This document shows positions 40,601 to 54,024 of a stretch of 64,000 nt of DNA, piece by piece. Made by a program: the position numbers and the translations under genes. The first letter of the stretch is position 1, and the number at the start of each line of letters is the position of its first letter. The stretch is from Raillietiella orientalis (Eukaryota): positions 3,782,001 to 3,846,000 of the forward strand of contig JAYWIR010000002.1 in NCBI GenBank assembly GCA_036172245.1. The letters run 5' to 3'. The notes beneath the pieces are model-generated. The model searched no databases and was not told the origin of the DNA. It saw nothing but the letters and a program-made list of their open reading frames with translations.

Positions 40601-43600
40601 AAAAATATTAATATTTATTACAACAAAGTTCTGCTGTGGATCAACTAAGATCTTTTGCACAAGTCGCTCCCTGTAAATTGGAAAGTGTGTATGTTGATTA
40701 GATTAGAATATACAAATTAAAAAAAGAATTTTTTTTTTTTTTTTCTTTTGAGAATTACCAAAGTTTAAGAATTGTCTACTAATTTTAAAAGTAAAACTTT
40801 GCTCATTACAGAATTTCCGAGCCACAACTAAACAATTCATTCTGGAATACTCCAGAATTTTTTGCAAATATTCTGCATTAATCTCGGAAACGGATTTTCA
40901 CGCAGCAATACTGAATGCATCAACTTTTCCCATTTCGCACATTGTGGGTTAAGGGAGCACACATAAAATTAATGAATGCGTAGGGATGCGAATCAATCCA
41001 AGTTCAGATATCAAATATCTTTGTCTGCATATGTTTCTCATATTTATCCTCCTGAAAAACGCTTTTAGAAAATTACAGCGTAATCTAGTTAGCATTATTT
41101 CCTACCATGTTCCTCAGAATGCATGTCTTCATCATAATCTAAAAAATAATAAATTCATACTCCAAAAGTTTTTACAGTATATTTATTATGAAGATTTTCA
41201 TTTTTAATACTTCAAGCACTTCATATAACGAAGCAAAGTATGAAAACCGCCTGAATAATCCAGAAATCTTTCGAGATGATACTCCCCAAATAAATTATGG
41301 AAAGCACGTACTCGTACTACGCTGCTAACGATCAGCTTTCTCATTCAAAAAACAATTAACAGAGCTATACTTTGATCCATCTACATCTGTATGGTAATCT
41401 AAATTCTACTTATAGAAAATGCTTTTGTACTTTGATCACTTTTTGAATTTGTAATTTCCTTGGAAAGAATTGTTTCAGTGGAAATTCATGACGTATTCTA
41501 TTCCTGTATTCTATTCCTATTTTAGGTAACTTCCAATGTTCGAAACCAACAGAGCTAATGCGCCAAATTTAAAGGAAAAGATTTTGTTCATTTAAGGAAC
41601 TGAATTAGAAAATCCTTTGCTTTGCTATTATACACTTTTCATTTAAAGAGTTCAGTTTATAAAAGTTATATTAGTAATAGTAACGCTCTCGTATGTCTTT
41701 CATTTCAAATCATAGGAATTTTACTTCAAGATGGTCTCTAAGATCGATTTCAAGCATATAAAGGAAATTTTCCTAATTTCCTAATTTTCCTAAATGCATG
41801 AGTATGCTATACACATGCAATCAAGTGAGCCAATCAACTTCTCCATTTCGAATACATTAACATTGCAAGTGCAAGGGGAAATATTCAGCACACACACATG
41901 AAAATCACTTAAATTTGAGAAAAATATGGAAGATGTACCTAAGTTAGCTGTTTATTTTAACAGTATATATTTTCTTATTGCAATAAGGGTGAATACAGGA
42001 ATGTGAATACCTACTTGTATGTTTGCAGAATGGCTTAAAATTTCTAAATAAGTAAGAAGAAAAACAGTATCATCAAGAAAGCAATATAAGATTTTTTAAG
42101 TCTTAGCTGCATACTTTAATTCAAGTCTAACAGCATTACAGAAGGCGCTACTTCCAAGAAAAAGCTTTATAAAAAAGAGCATAAAAACAAAAGGCACACC
42201 AAACTAAAGAATTCAGAATAAAAATGTGATATCAGTTACCCAAAGGATTCTTTCGATAATTCAAATGCTGTGATTCGTGAAATAAACCATTTTTTTTCTT
42301 GCAAGCATGTTCGAAAATTCGCGAATCAACAAAGAAGCAGAGAAGAACTCATGATACTTGAATTCTCAAAACTCAAATCAATGATCTGCTTGCAGATTCG
42401 CCCTTGTCTTGAAGTGAACTTACTAATGGACTCAGCCAGGAGAATAAGTCCAAAGGGATATTAAGAAAACCTTGTGAAGTTTTAAACATGTTTACGGAAT
42501 ACAGCAAATAGAAGAAAATGTTTTCGTAGAAGAGGATTCTCAAAATGAACTAAGCTAGCAAGTGTTTATCATAAAACCCTAATATTCTCTATTATTTATT
42601 TTATAATTTTCTGCATTTACTTTGAAAGCTTAACTCAAAAAGTAACAAGAAAACTGTTCATTTTAAAAAACATGCATACAAATTATAGTTCGTGCAGATT
42701 TCGTGCAGACATTTAAAGCAACAATGTATCGAGTACAATATAAAACCAGAAAACGATTTCCAAAATGCGATTGAATGACAGCGTATTTTTTTCGCGTTTG
42801 TATCACATCCTTGTGTTTCTCTTCTCTTTTCTTCCCTCCAATTTTTTCTTTATTTGAGATCCTGTCAATCTTTTATCATTTCCTAATCATGAAGATTTCG
42901 TTTAAACTGATTTTAAAACTCCTTGCATCCTTTAAAAATTTATAAGTTTATATTCAGGAGTAGTGGTAAAAGTTCGTCCTGTTTTTGTCTCTATAGATTT
43001 GGAATTTGGATTGGATTTTGGATTTTATCCATAGTAAAGAGAACCCTAAATTAATATTTTATCGCTAAAGGTGTGTCTTTTTCCCTGTTTTCACAGTTTC
43101 TTTGACATCTGTTTGTTTCCCAACTTGGTACTCTGCTTGCTCATTGTGCATTCATTTATCTAGATAACTTGAGCAACTTACGTTTTAAAATTCTATAAAT
43201 GACTTTTGCATTAGTATTTTAAACTTCTTTTGAATATCACAATTTAATTTTAAGGCACTTTTTTCAAAACGTGTGTTCATAAACTAATGTTTTCAATTTT
43301 GATTATAGGACAAGTAATTCATATTACTGTGAGCAAATCTCCTAGATGCTGCTTGAATGAATTTTAACTTTTTTCCCTAGTCTTTACCACATATCATCCT
43401 ACTGCTGATACAGTTGTGCAAGCAAGGCTTTGTTTCTGAAGATTGCTAACAAGCTTTGAAATCCCCGAAGTAACCATTTTTCATTGAGAATTCTTGTCAA
43501 AGAAGTTCAATAAGCTAAATTAACCAAACAGCTGGTCACGTGCTCATTTTGTTGTTTAAAAAAAAAACAATATAAATTTACTTGTAACAATTGGGATAAC

Positions 43601-44615
43601 TTTCCCTTACAGGTTCATTCATACTAATACCTCAAAAGCTTCTTTCTATTTACAAGATTCTGAAACATTAGAAATCACCACAGTATCTATTTAAAATGTA
43701 GAATATGAAAATTCCAAAAAATTTTGCAACAGTGACGAAGTTTTATATACAATGAACACAAGTATTCCTACTGGAATCAAACCTTTCATTTTCCAAACAC
43801 GACACACTCTTACAGCGGTTGTCGACGGAAATCGTATTTATGTTCCACTATTGAGATTTTCGTTTCGGTGGCTTTTCAAACTTCTCTCGAGATTTCTATT
43901 CAAGTGAAAATTCTCATTTCTTGTTTCCTTTTTTATATTAGTGACTTCCCTTTAGATTCCTTTGTACTCTTGATAATTGTAAAATGGGTCTGTGGCCAAT
44001 ACTTGGCTATTTGGAGAACTCTAGCAAATGGTGTATTCGTGGATATTAACTTATAAATTAGCAGTGCAAACATTGAAGTGCATTCGTTTCTGCACAGATT
44101 AGACTGCTATGCTTTGACCCCCCAGTTATATATGTCTAATGTTCATCATGCTAGAATGTCTATATGAACATTATATGTTTTTCAATCATAACGATACCTA
44201 AAAACCGTGTTCGTTTGCTGATTTATGTTTATAATGTCGTAAACGGTAATTTCAAGTACTCCGCGGGTATTCAAAAATTAAAAAAAAATTCCACGAATGG
44301 AATTTCCATTTGCTTTCTGTTTATTCTGCATGAGTACTCTGATGTTTCCATGGATGAAACGGTACCAATGGTCGCTCTTTGATTATTTTAGAAATTCCAA
44401 AAAATTGGAAAAGACTAAAAAACTCAGTGTAAAATCCTTGCATTTGCTATAAATGCCTGTTTTATTTGATGAGATACTTTTTGTATATTTTTGATGTGAT
44501 CAAAGAATTCATTGCTCTTCGTGGCAGTACGCGCCGGGATCCTGCGAAACGACGGAGTTCCACTTGCACAAACTTAAGGAAAGTCTGCGCAAACTGCAGT
44601 TGAAGCCAAGTAGTA

Positions 44616-47459
44616 ATGGAAATGAATCGTCCAAATCATCTTGTGAATTGTACACTGGGTTCCTTAAAAAATACTGTCATAGATCATGTTATGGTGAATG
44701 TGCACGACAAGACTCTTACCATTGGGTCAATTATCGGTGATCTGTTATCCATGGTAAGTTTTCTTTGCCGAATTCGAATTCAACTGAAGCTCCAGAATTT
44801 GCAAATATCCATATTATTGATAATGCTTTCAATATACGAGGAATAGGAAGCAGCAGGAATTAATTGCCAATTTTTCGTAATTTTGAATATATCAATCAGT
44901 CTTGAAAGCAAAACCTTCGGTTTTTTAATTTTTCTTGTTAAATTGTGTTTACTCATTTTTCACTTTTTCAGGAATATATTTGGTAATTACATAAATGTAT
45001 TGATAGTGTCATGTGCTTATTTTCAGGGTGTGCATCTTTCATATTCAGATTTTACTTTTACTGTCAATGGGAAACTAGTACATGCCAACGATAATGTCGA
45101 GACGGGACAGATCATACGTATTTCCCCAAGACTTATTGGTGGTAAAGGAGGTACAATACTATTTTGGCCATTTTATTCGTTTCAAATTTCAATGTAATTT
45201 ATATGATTTTCATGACTGTGGACAGATTCACACACACATATGTGTACATGCATAGGTATTACATTTTCATTTCTGTTTATTTGCCAGAAGTTACTGTTTG
45301 TCACTTTTTGCTCTAACATGGAAGATGTTGAATACAAAAGTCATGTGAATTGATGATCTGCATGTTCTGATATGCCATCTGCACATCATTGTAGCTGTGG
45401 AATTGTCTGCATAATCTTGTATTTGTTTTAAACTAATGACATGAACATGTCATTTAAAATGTTGTTCTGTTACAATAGGTTCTTTGAATCATTATGATAA
45501 GCTTTCCAGTAAACTCTCCTAGATAATTCCTTGTTAGCAATGAATAGTTATGTATCATGCTTATCTTCATTGATTTGTAATATGAAAGAGTATCCTACAT
45601 ACTTGGACTTTGCTACCAAGTAAATGGTCCTAGAACTAATTGAAATCTCGGTAACCGTGGTCATTTTAAATTTTCTCACTCTTTGTAAACTTCATTTACC
45701 TCTATGTTAGATTTCTGTTTTTCATGTTGCTTTTCTTGATGAAAAAATCCTTAGCCTGTGTTGTCATTTTTTTGTACTGGAGTCTTATTCTGTTCTGTAA
45801 TTCAGTTTTTGTTTTTATGGAATTTTGCAGTTCTGTATTCTTAGATTTTCTACTAAATTTAGATTATGAATCCTTTGCAGTTTAGCATTTTTCTGGTCAT
45901 TGCATTCAGTTTTCCCTTTGAGTTGCTAGCTGCAAATTAAACATGTGATGTAAAGTTCTGTACCTTTAAGTATGATTGAAAGCAATATTTGAAATTGTTA
46001 ACACTTTGTTTAACCAGTAATTGTGTTATTTATAATGAGAAGACAATCTAGTCACATTCTGGTCTGTCTTGATGACTACCCATCAGTGAAATGCAGCATT
46101 TTGAAAAATCTAGTCCAAGAGTACTGTTACTAACTGTTGTCTTGTGCGAATTATATTGTGTACCATTCTGCATGAGACATGCCATTAAATTTCAATCAGA
46201 TATTAAAGTTTATGTACGGATGTGTAAAGGTTTGATATCTATTTGTTTTGTTCCTTGAATAAACCTTTGTACACTTCAAATGCAATGTTTGTTACTTTGA
46301 ATTAATCAGTTAAGTGCTTACTGCTAGCTTGGAGGTATTTGAAAGCAATAACTTATGATCTGGGAAAGTACTTGTCCAAATTTATAAGTGTTATGGTCAT
46401 TAGAGTATTGCTATTAAGAGTGTTAACATGATGTGACTGTTTTTGATTTGCCAATCACGGCCATAGTTTTAGGAAGCTTATTTTGCGTTTTTCTAATAAA
46501 GTCATTATTTAGAAATGAGTTTGAGAAATGTGTTTTTTAAAAATAAATTCAAAACATTTATGCTTGTATCATTGCATGCTTCAGTATCAGAGCATCTATA
46601 AGTCTAGTGATAGATGCTGTCATCTGTGCAAATAAGCAGTTTTGTTGCAAGATACAGATGTTGCAAGTTCAAATGCTTTCTCAGAAATGCAGAAAAAATG
46701 GTTTTAGGTTTTGGTTCCATGCTTCGAGCAATTGGTGCTCAGATAGAAAAAACAACCAACAGAGAAGCTTGCAGAGATTTGAGTGGAAGGAGACTACGTG
46801 ACATAAATGAAGAAAAAAGGTATTGTACAAGTATTCTGCATCACTATCTAGGTGTTTAAACATCATACTAGATTGAAAAAATGGTTAGCCAAGCAATCAG
46901 AAAGAGAGAAAGAAAGTGAAACAAGAAAACGTAAAAAATTGGAAAAATTAAAGCAGTTGCCAAAACATAGCTACTCAGACCCAGATTTCAACAGAATTCG
47001 CTCTGATATGTGTGAAAGCATTTTTGATGCTGTAAATGAAGGTATGCTAGTGTTCAGAGAGCTAATACAAGTCACATTAAATGTTTAAGGAGCAAAAGCA
47101 TGTTCTTCGCAAATGTCAGAGGATTCTAATTCCATAAAACGCAAACATCCAGAAGATCAGCAAACTAACAGCAAGAAGTACTGTTTGTGGTAAGTCCAAT
47201 GAACAGAAAATGGCATGGTTTTAGGTTGGATGTCAATGAAGATATATCCAGTAATGATACCTCAAGTGGCAGCAGCAGTGAAGATGAAAAAAACGAGAAT
47301 GCTGAATGTTCTGATGAACATTTAAGGTATCTGTATTTTACCCATGATTTGCAGCTAGTTTGTGTTAACAGTGTGAGTGCGGACCACATAGATGATGATG
47401 GTTTATGTGGTGATGTTGAACTGCAGAAACAAAGTACTTCACTCCATGCATCTGTTTAG
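44616..47459 (+). CDS. SDE2: SDE2 (ubiquitin-fold splicing/replication-stress regulator); exons 44616-44753, 45027-45150, 46708-46819, 46872-47041, 47090-47189, 47225-47326, 47372-47459
   Basis: UBL domain ending [51 protein letters not shown], the diagnostic SDE2 cleavage motif and domain. Confidence 0.95.
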
Positions 47460-48626
47460 TGTTCCATGCTTGAAGGAATACTGCTACTTAGCCAGTACAT
47501 GAGCAATGGTTGTAACAAAGCAAAGAAGACTAGCGCATACAAGCACTTGCTACTGTAAGTTTCACCTCGTGAAGGCTGGAGGCGAATTCTGAAGGATCGA
47601 ACCTGAAATAATAAAATAGAAGTTCTGTGTTTAAATATAGCTCTATATTTCTGCTTACCAGAAAAAAGGCACATGAACTTCCAAAGTATAATAGGGCAAC
47701 GAAATAGCCCAAGAGTCCAAAAAATACCTCTGCTATGAGCATGATGATCATCCTACAAGAGCTGAAATTCTAGTTCCCATTTTGATTTTCCTTACCCCAC
47801 ATATTTGTATGAACAGAAAGCAACCAGATCAAGTATGGATATGCTAGCATTCATACTTTGCAGCCACAGAATGCATTGCATAAGTAACACCTCCAAAACT
47901 AACCATGCAAGCGTTGAGCTGGCTTTGATTCCCAACAGTTCCACATCAAACCTGCCATAACAGCGCATCCTGTTGCTGGTGATCTTAATCATTTTGTGTA
48001 CCTGTTTGATAAGCCAAGGACGATTCCTAAGAGTAACACGAACGTGATAAGAGCCATCATAGGAATATAAAGATCAGCAGCATTCACATCAATACGAGGG
48101 GGCAAAGGTCCATCTACAGAATGTTTTAACGACCAATCCTAAAAGACAAAATGTAAATAAAGTGTCCACTTAACTGAATAAATGCATACAGAGTGAGCAA
48201 AAGGAAAGATCAACAGCTGCAACTTTTTGAATACGTAGCCAGTATTTACAGCAAAGTAACGTTTCAAGTCAAAGACGTGTTGCTTCACAACTTCTGATGA
48301 CTGACCAAAGACTTGTTGTGATGTTATCCTTCCTGCTTGCAGTAGTGTCTCTTTCATTGCCTCTCTCATGGGGTCTCCCAACCCAGGAGCTTGCGACCCT
48401 ATTCAAATAGCTATCATATTAGTTACAAGTTACACTTACAAACATTTGATGCCAACTGCTGTTCAGGTTGATTTAAAGCGTAATTGGGGTAATTTGCACC
48501 CTGAGAAGTGAAAGAAGATGCATGATTATAATAAGGGGGAGAACTAAAACCAGGTGGAGATTCTAATTGTGAGGCAAACATAGGAGAAGCTTGTTGTCTC
48601 CAAGGATTCCTTCCTTGACGAGACAT
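47456..48626 (-). CDS. YIF1: YIF1 (Yip1-interacting factor; ER-Golgi membrane protein), 6 exons
   Basis: LKRYFAVNTGYVFKKLQLLIFPFAHS, PPRIDVNAADLYIPMMALITFVLL, LDLVAFCSYKYVGMI and QPLLMYWL; short GT-AG introns. Confidence 0.95.
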
Positions 48627-48720
48627 TATTCGATATATCGATTAGCAACTGCTAGCCATATTCTAATGAAGGAGATATTTTATTATGTTTGCAAGAAAAA
48701 CAATCCTCCCACACCCTGCC

Positions 48721-51700
48721 TTATTTGAGGCTTTGCTGAAAGAGATATTCTGCCTAAGATTAATGGCATTTATTTACTAAAATCCCTGCATACTCACCAA
48801 AAAGTCTATTGGGTCCTCAGGACGCACCTGGGATACTTCTAAAAGTCCTGGCACCAATGTAGGAACAACATGCTTCATTAGGTACGAACGCACTGGCAAA
48901 CTTCTCAGTTCCAGCAAGTCTTGCTCTTCCTGTTCTAGTTGTTTTATAAAAGCTGTCTACATACGCAACTATCTTCCTTCACTAAAAGGAGATTGCTAAC
49001 CCATTCAGTAACTCTCTGTTGCTGCTGTTCTTTTTCCTTCAACAAAACTTCTTTCATTAATGCTTCTTGTGCTTCCTTTATTCGTGCTTTTTCTTCCATT
49101 TCACGTAACTCAAGTTGCAACAACAGTTCAGAAGAAGGTCCTAATGTTTTTATAAACCTAATATCTTCTTGGTTAAATTTACCATAATTGCGAGGAGGAC
49201 CAAGTTTATTCAGAACATATTGCAATATATGATTCAGTTCAATTGAGTCTTGAGCCACATTTACATGGTGAATAGGTACTTCATTCTCCTCAAAGAAATT
49301 CAGGACATTAATTGCCGCACCATTGGTTCTATTTCCATGTGTTACTTGGTGAAGTAGATCATGACACTAACCTATACTTGCTGAGACGATTCAAAAAAAC
49401 TTCCTCTCCATATTTCTCATATCCCAAAAGGGCTAACTGATCTTCTGGAATGTTAATTACACGATGAATCAAGAATTCATCATCAGCTTCCAGTGATATG
49501 ACCAATTCTATAATCCAAGTATTTGTTATCTATTTCAGGAAGCCATACCTGGCATTGGTTTATATACAGAATCTTCTTCTGTGGGGGCTTCAAATTCTGC
49601 TACTTCCCCAAGGAAAAATTCAGCCTGCTCTACAGAATAAGGGTACCCATCCAAGACGTAACCCTGATTCTGGTATGGGGTAGACACCAAACGTTCTTGC
49701 ATAACACTGGGAGGAAGCAACTTTCTTTTCAGTGGTATTTTAACCCAAATACCTAGACAACACTTCATCATCTTCCACATCTTCCGCATAACTAAGTTGC
49801 TGGATAGCTTCCGGTAAACTCCCATCTTTACTTTCATTGTCTCCCCTGTTCAATCGCTTTAGACTGTTAGATTTCCGTTTTTTGAATACTTGCATTGAAA
49901 TAGTAGTAGATAGGGCTTTAATTTCAGTTTGTAGTTCTTCTAAACTGATATAATGGATGCCATATAATTCAGACAACTGTTTGCTTAGTGTGGTCTTTCC
50001 AGAAGCAGGAGGGCCTAACACACAAATTTTCACAGGCTAAACAATTAAAAAACAATATGTCCATCTTACATGCAAGTTCCTTTCCTTTCTGTATTCATTT
50101 ACTAAGAGTGCCATGTTGTCCTCCATACCTGAATGACAATGCCATTTCCAGTGCAAATTATCAGATATATACTGAGATTCCAGTAGCAAATCAACTTGCA
50201 GCATCGCCAATTCAGTTTCCTAATACTTCACATGATAAACACTAATGAAAATGAAATACCTTTAATTCACTTAAAAACAATAAATTCTCCTGAGGAACCT
50301 TATGAATGTGACCTGTTCCCAGATTCTTACTGATAGCCTGCAAAGGAGGTGCAGTCAGGAAATAACATTTTGCATACACATACTTGAACAATGGATAGTT
50401 GTGTACAGTTTCCTTCATCACAAAGAAGCATATATGATTTGTTTGGTTGCTGTTCCATTATAGTTAGAAGGGCACTACTGATATCCCAAACATGAACAGC
50501 TGGCAATATATTCTGACCTTCACCAAAAACTTCAAGCTGATCAGCATTATTCCATGCTTGTTTAAACCAAAAATGGAAAATACCCTCTTCCTGACCATAG
50601 GGTATCCCAGCTGCGACCACATAAGTTTTCAGTTTTTTTTTATTCTATAAAAAAAATGTTACAAAAAGCAATGGGGCAGTACAAATTTACTTGTACACCA
50701 GCCTTTGTTACTTGTTTTTCCAGAGCAATGTGTTCTTTAAATAGAGGGTGACACTTTCTCCTGAGATAATCTTCATCTATGAGAGGAAGACCAGCATCTT
50801 CTTGCTGAAAGTAGCCAATCAATTTTTTTGAATTGACTTCAAATGTCTCACTTACAGTATCTAATGGTTGAGTCTTAGCCCAAGTCATGATTGTGGATAA
50901 AAGGATAAAAGTAGGAGGATAGGGCATGGATTCCAAAGAATTAATTAAAGCTATTAAATTTTAGTGAAAAGAATGGTGTAGCTTTTATTTAAAGGTACTA
51001 AAAAAACAATACGCTAAATTGTTATACCTTTGAGTACATTTGATGCTTCCTCAATTTGGGATGTATCTTCTAGAATATTATAAACAATATAGCGATTTTT
51101 TATTACATCATTCAAGAAATGTTCATCATTGGGGTCTAAAATGCTGTTTATGTAAGGTGGAGTTGGAAACTGAAAGCATGTGTGTATAATTAACTTCTCT
51201 TTATCTAAGTTTTAGATCATTCAATGCACTTGAACAACATGGTAGTATCCTGGCTCATGAATAGCACTTGACAAACAAACAAAAGCAAATAGATATTTTT
51301 ATTAAAAAATCATAATACGCAGTCATTAAACAATAGTTCCTCCTACTGAATTGATGAAGTAAGTGAACTACATGTGGGTTTTGACCTACTGACAAACAAT
51401 ATGGTAAATTTATTGCATAGAGAATACTTGTAATCAATTAAAAGTAGTATTCCATCAATAAAGAACTGACATCTTAATTAGTTTTTTAAATTACCATTGT
51501 GGTTTTGCTGGTTCCTTGTATTTTGTAAAAGGCTTTCTCATAATCGTCATTGCTGATTTCCTCCTCATCCAAGTCCATATGCATACCAACAGGGCATTTT
51601 GAAATAAACTGAATAACACAGTAACATAAATTCATTTGATTGCGGTACACATTGGCTTAAAATGGGTTAAACACTCAAATCTTTAAATGCAAAACCACAC

Positions 51701-52036
51701 GTAGTGGACTCTTCATTTACACTGACTCATTTTTTTTTTTTTTTTTGGCGGAGTTCTGCCACAATTCTATTGAATTTTCGAACACGAAGGCGCTACTGAA
51801 CACTCATATGATCCGCATTTACATCCACACTTGCAACACGAATTTTCACACGGGCACGGCATCAACTGAAAACATCGACACAATTCTCGGATCGCGATTC
51901 ATCTCCTGCGACTCTTTCCGGAAAGCTTCGTGATTGTGGAGCCAAACGATTCGTTTCACAGAACGAAAAAGGACACCTTTGCAACGTTTCTTCCCACGTA
52001 GGAATCCACACCATTGCAAAAGATGGTCAGCTCCAT
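48721..52036 (-). CDS. AK7: Adenylate kinase 7 (ciliary/flagellar), multi-exon; first exon 52036-51977, stop at 48721
   Basis: MELTIFCNGVDSYVGRNVAK|FISKCPVG; FILLSTIMTWAKT; DYLRRKCHPLFKEH; YVVAAGIPYG; P-loop KICVLGPPASGKT; QGYVLDGYP; C-terminal Dpy-30 motif PVRSYLMKHVVPTL...RPEDPIDFLAEYLF. This is the AK7 architecture. Confidence 0.95.
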
Positions 52037-52656
52037 TATAAGGCCACGTAAACTCCCCGGTTGAATTCAGCTCGGGAACAGTGTGGACAAATTTTTTCAA
52101 GAATTCGGTAAGGTTGCCACTTCTTGCAAAGCGGCCCGTGGATTCAACCGGCAAATTTCTTTTCCGCTCTTCATGATGGTGAGTTCTCTTTGGGAAAAAA
52201 AGCAGTCATCAGCCGGAGCTCGAAAGAAAAAAAAAAATGCGAAGCGTTGGCACGAATGTGAGTTCGTGATAAATCGAATCCAGTCAATTTCACAAGTACT
52301 TTTTATTTGCTGAGGCATGCGACTTTCAGTTCAGACGAAGATGAAGCCTGCGTTGACCGGGAAAGCTGCTTTCACAGGAATGCAAACAGGAATGCATGCA
52401 TCTTCATACAGTCTTCTTCTCTCCCTTTGTTTGTTGTGCAAAAAGGTGCTCTTTGGTTGTAAGACGCATTGCTGAATTTTCAGCTATCACGGGTGCAAAG
52501 ACAACGTGAAGTCTCAGGTAGCAGGCGAATGCAGCAAAGGGGTCGGGAATATCGAAAGCTGTGCTTGGAGAGTCCTTTAAAAGGAAAATGTCATCAACAA
52601 GGATGATTACCATTCACGAGCTATGAGATCGAATGATGAAAGACGAGTTGGAAGGT

Positions 52657-54024
52657 TTGTGACCCGGATTTGACGGGGCACTTATTATTAAAATTTTTAT
52701 AAAAATTGTATCATAAATTCATTGATATTGATATCGTGGTAGAACACTTGGTTCTACCACGCGTGGAAGACTTGCCATAAACCGATACAAAGACCGGTGA
52801 GGTCCTCTCTGTTGGCATTAGGGGAGGGAATACCAGGAAAAAAAGAAACAAAAAGTTAACAAAAAGGGAGGGAAATGTTTTTCGGGGAGGAGAGGGCAGG
52901 GATGGGATCACCGGTCTCCTGGAGTGGTCCTCTGCATCCTGTTACGGATGCTGACGAGTGCTGAACGGATGTTCCAGAGTCGGGCCATCGGGCGGTGTTC
53001 TTCATGAAGATTTCCACCCAGTGGATGGCATCCCTGATGTTTTGGCCTCTTCTCTTCGCGCTCCACCTTGCCACGATTCCGCGTACACAGAGGCGGTGGG
53101 TAGGGCGTCACGCAAGAAGAGGCACTGTTTTTAGGGTCGGCTCCTAGGATTTTGAGGATGGACGAGAGTGGATCCCAAAGTGCACAAAGAACGACAGTCT
53201 ATTATCAGATGGGGAAAGGATTCCCTTCCGCTGCACTCTGCGCAATGGCCATCCACACTACTCCGTGTCCAATGAGAGAGATATGCTCTGCATGGGATTC
53301 CCCAATTCAACAACAGCAACACCGTCTCTTGCCATTTCAGAGGGAGGGTGCCACTGTCCGAACACGCTGGGGGCCACTTCACCTCCTCCGGAGGTATTTC
53401 GAGTGTGGTCTTGCCCCAGCGTTAGAAGTCCTTTAGACGGGACAGTCGGGGTCGCAGCATCCGCTAGCTAGCGAGTTGTCCACGCCTTCAAAAGTTTTTT
53501 CCTGCCTCCAATGAGGAAGGACACTTCCCACTTTGCCGGTTCGTTGCTGTCCCTAGCGTTCCTGAGGGAGGGCAGCACTGGAGCAAGAGGGGTAAACGAA
53601 GCCCACAGCAGCTTGCGTGGGTTGTTGAGGATCTCCTGCAGGGGTTGTCGAGCGTTCCTCCCTTTCCGGAGGCAGGTGTATTCCGCCTCGCTCGAGCCGT
53701 CGATCTTTCCCAATGAGGAAACTGACTCCTGAAGCCAGGCAGTGCAGTTCGCGGGGAGGCAGGAGATCCAGGTGTTCTCCTGCACCAGGATCTGGCGCAG
53801 CTGATGGTCACAATGCCTCGGGCTGTGGTCGTAGGCCACGAGGATGGAAGTGAATCCTTCGCAGCCGGTCGCTCTTGTGGCGAGGAGGCGTGCAGGTTCT
53901 CACCATGGCGTTGTCCACAGCTTCGCCGCAAGGGCGAGTTTTCGAATTTGGAGCTGTCGCTCCAGGCGCTCCACGTGAGGAGGCCCAGTCCATCGTCCCT
54001 GCGTGGAGCGCTCAAGTCTTTTGA
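52657..54024 (-). mobile_element. 5'-truncated L1/Tx1-like LINE (1368 bp) with a perfect 14-bp TSD
   Basis: ACGAGTTGGAAGGT at 52643-52656 and 54025-54038; zinc knuckle HWTRSSVDGHCAECSGRESFPHLIIDC; 11-bp hairpin 52735-52761; GC-rich within AT-rich flanks. Confidence 0.92.
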
